From NCBI RefSeq assembly GCF_003334335.1, contig NZ_QOWQ01000087.1: a stretch of DNA of 2,991 bases. One strand, 5' to 3'. Made by a program: the position numbers and the translations under genes. The stretch is from Escherichia coli (GTDB lineage: Bacteria > Pseudomonadota > Gammaproteobacteria > Enterobacterales > Enterobacteriaceae). Below, in pieces: positions 1 to 2,991 of this stretch. Each line of letters starts with the position of its first letter. The first letter of the stretch is position 1. The notes beneath the pieces were generated by a model. That model saw only the letters and a list, made by a program, of their open reading frames with translations. It did not search any database and was not told the origin of the DNA.

Positions 1-203
1 CTTGCTAAATCTTCCGTCGTGACATCAATGTGACCACGTAGTGACACGCCGTGACATGTCGTGACATTTCGTGACGCACTCACCAGAAGGTGGATATACA
101 CCGCCATCACTGTTGCGATTGGCTGTCCTGAGACCCTGGCAATGGTTCGCCATTTGGGATCATTTGGCATGTCATGCCACAATCTGAGCCAGGCATTAGC
201 CAT
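1..203 (-). CDS. 5' portion of a YdaU-like (DUF1376-type) phage replication-region protein; truncated by the left window edge
   Basis: Minus-strand frame is open from ATG at 203..201 to position 1 with no stop. GAGGTG Shine-Dalgarno lies 5 nt upstream of the ATG. Translation begins MANAWLRLWHDMPNDPKWRTIARVSGQPIATVMAVYIHLLVSASRNVTT..., whose Trp-rich N-terminus I recognise from memory as the Rac ydaU family; this is unverified. Position directly downstream of the ydaS/ydaT-like pair matches Rac gene order. Not in the supplied ORF track, presumably because it is partial. Confidence 0.55.
   Translation of the reverse strand, partial: MANAWLRLWHDMPNDPKWRTIARVSGQPIATVMAVYIHLLVSASRNVTTCHGVSLRGHIDVTTEDLA
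17..78. repeat. Six tandem direct repeats with core GTGAC(A) at 10-11 bp spacing, embedded in the 5' coding region of the YdaU-like gene
   Basis: GTGAC occurs at 19-23, 30-34, 41-45, 51-55, 61-65 and 71-75, giving spacings of 11, 11, 10, 10, 10 bp. Four copies are preceded by C and five followed by A or G. A period near 10.5 bp is not a multiple of 3, so the signal is at DNA level rather than a protein repeat. Confidence 0.8.
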
Positions 204-271
204 ACTCACCTCATCTGATACCGAACTTTACCCTCGAACATCCGGAAGAAATCCGGCATGAATATTGTTGG

Positions 272-697
272 TCAATGCACGACAACAGCATTACCAGGCT
301 GACCACCACTGTTAGTCAGGGTGCCCCAGGCGATCGCCGCTGCGACAAAATCATCCACATCTTTCACCAGCCGATCCCTCCGTTCGACGATCTCACGGTA
401 ATATTCAGAGCTGTGACTGCGCATACGGGCCACCAGCAGAGGCGGCATTGCCTTTTCGATCGCCGGTAACAGAGCCTGAATTTTTTCAACAGCATCAGGG
501 GTGTCTTTATCCAGCCAACGGAAAATTTTCTGGGTATTACGAGCCAGGGCTTCCGGATGGCTGTCGTCGTACAGTTCCGGGAACGTCATTCCCAGCTCGA
601 AATACGCTTTGGTAATTTTCGCAGCCGGTACTTTTTCGCCGTCCGGATGCGCCCAGACATTCATCGCCATGCGGATGTGTTCATGCTTGATTTTCAT
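272..697 (-). CDS. ydaT: YdaT-family protein (historically annotated as toxin YdaT; reported as a CII-like regulator in Rac-type prophages)
   Basis: 141-aa ORF. AGGAG lies 8 nt upstream of ATG at 697..695. N-terminus MKIKHEHI... and the length match YdaT as I recall it. Its start overlaps the 3' end of the upstream Cro-like gene by 17 nt, the typical ydaS-ydaT arrangement. Confidence 0.7.
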   Translation of the reverse strand: MKIKHEHIRMAMNVWAHPDGEKVPAAKITKAYFELGMTFPELYDDSHPEALARNTQKIFRWLDKDTPDAVEKIQALLPAIEKAMPPLLVARMRSHSSEYYREIVERRDRLVKDVDDFVAAAIAWGTLTNSGGQPGNAVVVH

Positions 698-962
698 GAA
701 TCAAGCTCCTAGAAAGTGGTTGTGTTAACGTTTTGGTATCTTCCAGCTCGGGCCAAATATTCATCCAATCAAAAGGCCTTAGTTGCTGACGTGTAACTTC
801 ACCATTACTGGCTCGCTCAATAAGGACACATAACGATGCCCCTAACACTTGACCTTTACTCAATGCTTTTCTTAGATAACCGATGCTGGTATCACACTCG
901 CATGCAAACATACGCTGTTCATCTGACGAAAGAGAATTGAGAAATATTCTTAATTCTTCCAT
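681..962 (-). CDS. Cro-like HTH regulator of the YdaS/COG4197 type, first gene of the rightward-equivalent early operon
   Basis: 93-aa ORF. AAGGAG (973..968, minus strand) lies 5 nt upstream of ATG at 962..960. The protein has a C-terminal motif ...QQLRPFDWMNIWPEL... that I associate with the YdaS/Cro-like family. It is divergent from the repressor gene across a 100-bp operator-bearing spacer. Confidence 0.75.
   Translation of the reverse strand: MEELRIFLNSLSSDEQRMFACECDTSIGYLRKALSKGQVLGASLCVLIERASNGEVTRQQLRPFDWMNIWPELEDTKTLTQPLSRSLIHENQA
686..705. promoter_or_regulatory. Perfect inverted repeat CTTGATT-N6-AATCAAG centred on the ydaT-like start codon; candidate protein-binding dyad
   Basis: Sequence cttgatt ttcatg aatcaag at 686-705 has 7-bp perfect arms and a 6-bp spacer. 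It overlaps the ydaT ATG (695-697, minus strand) and sits next to its RBS. I recall a TTGATT-N6-AATCAA site being reported for YdaT-type proteins, but this is from memory and unverified. Confidence 0.4.
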
Positions 963-1062
963 AGCTACTCCTTAGTAAACACAGCAAAGAATACCCGCAG
1001 GTAAACAAAAGTCAATACCCACAGGTTGTTTACCTTGCGGTAATCGCATCTATTATTTACCT
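963..1062. promoter_or_regulatory. Divergent promoter/operator region between the Cro-like and repressor genes, with three TACC-N4-GGTA-type operator sites
   Basis: Sites TACCCGCAGGTA (992-1003), TACCCACAGGTT (1016-1027) and TACCTTGCGGTA (1031-1042). Candidate minus-strand promoter for the Cro-like gene: -35 TTGACT (1015..1010), 16-bp spacer, -10 TATTCT (993..988). Candidate plus-strand promoter for the repressor: -35 around TTGTTTACC (1026-1034), -10 TATTAT (1051-1056) ending 6 nt before the ATG, with no SD, suggesting a leaderless transcript like lambda PRM. Promoter calls are by eye only. Confidence 0.5.
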
Positions 1063-1482
1063 ATGGACAAATATGAATTTAGACGACAGCAACTCATCAA
1101 AATTCGTGATGAGAAATGCGATGGTAAAGCGGTTAACGTGGCCAGAAAGATCGGGCGCGAGCCTTCTTATGTATCAAGAATGTTGTACCCAGAGGGGAAA
1201 AAGGGAAAAAAACGGATCGCTGATGATATGGTGGAGATTATCGAAGAGTCCTTTGGGTTACCCCGGGGATGGATGGATGGTATCGTTTCATCATCAACGA
1301 ACACAGCCTCCAGTTATGAAACAAGGGTTCTAACGCCACGACAACGTATTTTTTTAGATCTCTTAGACGAACTGCCAGAAAGTGAAGCGGATAAATTATT
1401 AAAAACTCTTGAAGAGAAAAAACAGTATTACAATATGATCTACGAAGAAATCCGTAAAAAGAAAGCACAAAACGCATCATAG
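1063..1482 (+). CDS. Prophage CI-type repressor (DicA/RacR-like); N-terminal HTH and C-terminal helical dimerisation-like region
   Basis: 139-aa ORF divergent from the Cro-like gene. The N-terminal half contains the phage-repressor motif ...GKKRIADDMVEIIEESFGLPRGWMDG.... The C-terminal ...LTPRQRIFLDLLDELPESEADKLL... resembles the C-terminus of E. coli DicA as I recall it. No SD precedes the ATG, consistent with a leaderless repressor mRNA. Confidence 0.8.
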   Translation: MDKYEFRRQQLIKIRDEKCDGKAVNVARKIGREPSYVSRMLYPEGKKGKKRIADDMVEIIEESFGLPRGWMDGIVSSSTNTASSYETRVLTPRQRIFLDLLDELPESEADKLLKTLEEKKQYYNMIYEEIRKKKAQNAS

Positions 1483-1524
1483 CTCACCAAACAACTAGTC
1501 ACCAGTTAAGACACCGCAAAAATT

Positions 1525-1561
1525 TACCCATAGGTATTTACTTTTTAAATACCTATGGGTA
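1525..1561. promoter_or_regulatory. Perfect 14-bp-arm palindrome carrying two operator-type sites; candidate operator of the downstream early-left promoter and/or bidirectional terminator after the repressor gene
   Basis: Arms 1526-1539 (acccataggtattt) and 1547-1560 (aaatacctatgggt) are exact reverse complements with a 7-nt loop (acttttt). Each arm contains a TACC-N4-GGTA site (1525-1536, 1550-1561) matching the motif found three times in the 963-1062 region. The stem is followed by a T-rich tract, atccttcttttc. Location 43 bp after the repressor stop and about 190 bp before the next ORF. Confidence 0.5.
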
Positions 1562-1746
1562 TCCTTCTTTTCATACCAACCCACCCCGCCCCACAGAATG
1601 CAGGGCAATACTTCGAGTTACCCGGCAGTGGTCAGGGGTTAAGTAGCCAGCCCGAGGCGTATGAACATGACGGCGGGAACACTTTGTATAACAGCGCAGC
1701 AGGTTTTTGTTCCGCTCCCCCGGCGTTAAGGGGAAATGAGGTCAAC

Positions 1747-1899
1747 ATGGATACTATCGATCTTGGCAACAGCGAATCTCTGGTATGCGGCGTGTTTCCC
1801 AACCAGGACGGCACGTTTACCGCGATGACGTATACCAAAAGTAAAACGTTTAAAACCGAAGCTGGCGCGCATCGCTGGTTAGCAAGAAACTCCGACTGA
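1747..1899 (+). CDS. Small 50-aa protein in the position of ydfA/ydaF in Qin/Rac
   Basis: GAGG (1738-1741) lies 5 nt upstream of ATG 1747. Product is MDTIDLGNSESLVCGVFPNQDGTFTAMTYTKSKTFKTEAGAHRWLARNSD. Size and position (first gene after the repressor, same strand, upstream of dicF) match ydfA/ydaF (about 51 aa); family assignment is from memory only. The 114-aa ORF in the track (1555..1899) is an RBS-less extension starting inside the palindrome. Confidence 0.5.
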   Translation: MDTIDLGNSESLVCGVFPNQDGTFTAMTYTKSKTFKTEAGAHRWLARNSD

Positions 1900-1910
1900 T
1901 GAGGTTGACG

Positions 1911-2312
1911 ATGGAATTTAAAGATTTACCAGTACCATTCCAGGAAATGGCATCTAATGTGGTTCGCTCTCAACTGGCGACTCTTGACCTGAGTACTGTA
2001 GAAAAGGAAACCATCGATACTATATCCGGTAACGTGCGTCGTGCCTTTATAGGTCTGTATGAAGAGAAGCGCCTATTCGGCGGACAGAATTCGACTGAAA
2101 ACAAGAATCAAGCAAATGATGAGAAGCTGAAACACATTATCGCCTTACTTTTGGAAGACGCAAAACGTCTACAGCAACTGGAACCAAATGCAGGCACAGA
2201 GGCCCGCATTTGGATTGCCATGAAATCACTCAAATGTGAAAGCAGTGATTATTTCAAAACAACAATTAAAACTACTCAACTTTCGGGAGAGCTACTGAAG
2301 AAATTGCCATAA
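1911..2312 (+). CDS. Hypothetical 133-aa early-operon protein; occupies the span that E. coli K-12 Qin annotates as ydfB plus ydfC
   Basis: GAGG (1901-1904) lies 6 nt upstream of ATG 1911. An alternative in-frame ATG at 1899 overlaps the upstream stop (TGATG) but has no SD. The ORF is uninterrupted to TAA at 2310-2312. No family recognised. Confidence 0.5.
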   Translation: MEFKDLPVPFQEMASNVVRSQLATLDLSTVEKETIDTISGNVRRAFIGLYEEKRLFGGQNSTENKNQANDEKLKHIIALLLEDAKRLQQLEPNAGTEARIWIAMKSLKCESSDYFKTTIKTTQLSGELLKKLP

Positions 2313-2551
2313 GAGCATGGTCTTTCTCTTGTTCTGCAAGATGAGCATTAATACCTGCTATGGTTTTTTCAAATTTATCTATCTGTTGAATAACAACTTC
2401 GCGGTATACGTTTGTATTTGTACCACCAAGCGCAGCCGTTAATGCAGAAAGCATATTTAGTATCATATCAGTGCGATATGAAAAGAATCCTGATAGCTTC
2501 ATCTTGTTTTTCAATAATAGATTGCAGGGCCTCAATTTGCTTTTTATCCAT
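2272..2551 (-). CDS. Antisense ORF with a strong RBS but an interrupted reading frame: either a 27-aa upstream ORF (2468..2551) coupled to a 64-aa ORF (2272..2466), or a frameshifted gene of about 90 aa
   Basis: Minus strand: GGAGG, 5 nt, ATG (2551..2549). Frame A gives MDKKQIEALQSIIEKQDEAIRILFISH then TGA (2470..2468). One nt later ATG (2466..2464) opens the +1 frame, MILNMLSALTAALGGTNTNVYREVVIQQIDKFEKTIAGINAHLAEQEKDHALMAISSVALPKVE, ending at 2272. The track's 94-aa ORF uses GTG at 2556, which abuts the SD with no spacer. The 3' end overlaps the convergent 1911..2312 ORF by 41 nt, which lowers confidence. Confidence 0.3.
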
Positions 2552-2556
2552 TTCAC

Positions 2557-2885
2557 CCTCCTGAGGGTTGGTAATTAAGGAGTTCTCCACGGGTCAGGTG
2601 GAGTGCGTGCGCCGGACACGGGTGAGCATCCGGCACTGACAGTTTACTGAAAAGGATATATCCCTGAAAAGTCAGGGCATAACACGAAAGCGCCCGGCGA
2701 AGTTAGTCTCTCTGTATAGGTCGTCATTAAATTTTCGTCGACCGCGCGCTTCCGGTTGTGGCACTCCGCGAAATGGCGCGGCGGTAAGTATGGCGGGGTT
2801 ATTCCTTCCCCGTTGAGGACACCGGGTTGTCAGGTTGACCATACGCTTAAGTGACAACCCCGCTGCAACGCCCTCTGTTATCAAT
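2557..2885 (+). other. GC-rich, highly structured non-coding stretch upstream of dicF; probable processed precursor region of the dicB-operon transcript
   Basis: No credible ORF on either strand. Sharp rise in GC content after 2557. Hairpins: gccgga/tccggc (2611-2616 with 2630-2635), ccctga-aaag-tcaggg (2662-2677), ccgcgc/gcgcgg (2742-2747 with 2776-2781), and ggttgtca/tgacaacc (2825-2832 with 2853-2860) with an alternative partner gcggggtt at 2793-2800. In K-12 DicF is excised from a long precursor by RNase E and RNase III. Confidence 0.4.
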
Positions 2886-2938
2886 TTTCTGGTGACGTTT
2901 GGCGGTATCAGTTTTACTCCGTGACTGCTCTGCCACCC
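2886..2938 (+). ncRNA. dicF: DicF small RNA homologue (prophage-encoded ftsZ-targeting sRNA), with its T-run immediately downstream
   Basis: Sequence tttctggtgacgtttggcggtatcagttttactccgtgactgctctgccaccc matches the 53-nt E. coli K-12 DicF as I remember it at 52 of 53 positions (K-12 ...ctgccgccc, here ...ctgccaccc), followed by ttttt. Genomic context fits the Qin order dicA - ydfABC - dicF - dicB: a repressor and small ORFs upstream on the same strand. Confidence 0.7.
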
Positions 2939-2991
2939 TTTTTAAAGTGAATTTTGTGATGCGGTGAATGCGGCTATGCGCACGCGGAACA

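Noticed and set aside
17-78. CRISPR array
   Set aside because: Repeat unit is about 10 bp with no spacer-sized unique segments, and it lies inside a coding region.
61-261. 66-aa plus-strand ORF (GTG start) from the six-frame track
   Set aside because: Starts inside the GTGAC repeat array, has no RBS, and is antisense to the better-supported YdaU-like ORF with its SD and recognisable N-terminus.
275-728. Plus-strand ORFs 275..469 and 501..728
   Set aside because: Both lie antisense within the ydaT-like and Cro-like genes, have no RBS and no recognisable protein features. Treated as shadow ORFs.
1073-1480. ORFs 1073..1333 (+) and 1238..1480 (-) overlapping the repressor gene
   Set aside because: Alternative-frame and antisense shadows of the well-supported repressor CDS.
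1632-1838. 68-aa minus-strand ORF
   Set aside because: Antisense to the small ORF and its leader, with no RBS.
1555-1899. 114-aa version of the small ORF, starting at ATG 1555
   Set aside because: The ATG lies inside the operator/terminator palindrome with no RBS, and the extension is low-complexity (Pro/Gly/Ala-rich). The in-frame ATG at 1747 has a proper GAGG RBS and gives a ydfA/ydaF-sized product.
2554-2556. GTG start for the 94-aa minus-strand ORF as given in the track
   Set aside because: The GTG directly abuts the GGAGG with no spacer. The ATG 5 nt downstream (2551..2549) is the start this RBS would serve.
2672-2884. 70-aa minus-strand ORF in the GC-rich region
   Set aside because: Arg/Pro/Gly-rich product typical of random GC-rich sequence, no RBS, and the region is better explained as structured dicF precursor RNA.
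2973-2980. Retron msr-like start (atgcgcac) at the window end
   Set aside because: Only a short coincidental match. No a1/a2 inverted repeats and no reverse-transcriptase gene context; the sequence is the expected dicF-dicB spacer.
2557-2991. tRNA or prophage attachment site in the GC-rich right end
   Set aside because: No cloverleaf with a T-loop-like GTTC motif found by eye. The region is accounted for by the dicF precursor and DicF itself.

Overview
This window reads as the immunity and early-regulatory core of a lambdoid, Rac/Qin-like enterobacterial prophage; everything is called from the sequence and from memory, with no searches run. On the minus strand a Cro-like HTH gene (681..962) and a YdaT-like gene (272..697) form an overlapping operon, followed by the 5' end of a YdaU-like replication-region gene (1..203) that runs off the left edge. 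Divergent from these, on the plus strand, are a CI/DicA/RacR-type repressor (1063..1482), a 50-aa small ORF (1747..1899), a 133-aa ORF (1911..2312), a long GC-rich structured non-coding stretch, and a DicF sRNA homologue (2886..2938) that differs at one base from the E. coli K-12 sequence as I remember it. I see no clearly novel system. The points most worth a second look are a five-copy TACC-N4-GGTA operator family shared by two regulatory regions, six helically phased GTGAC repeats embedded in the replication gene, a TTGATT-N6-AATCAA dyad on the ydaT start codon, and an antisense interrupted ORF with a strong RBS upstream of dicF.
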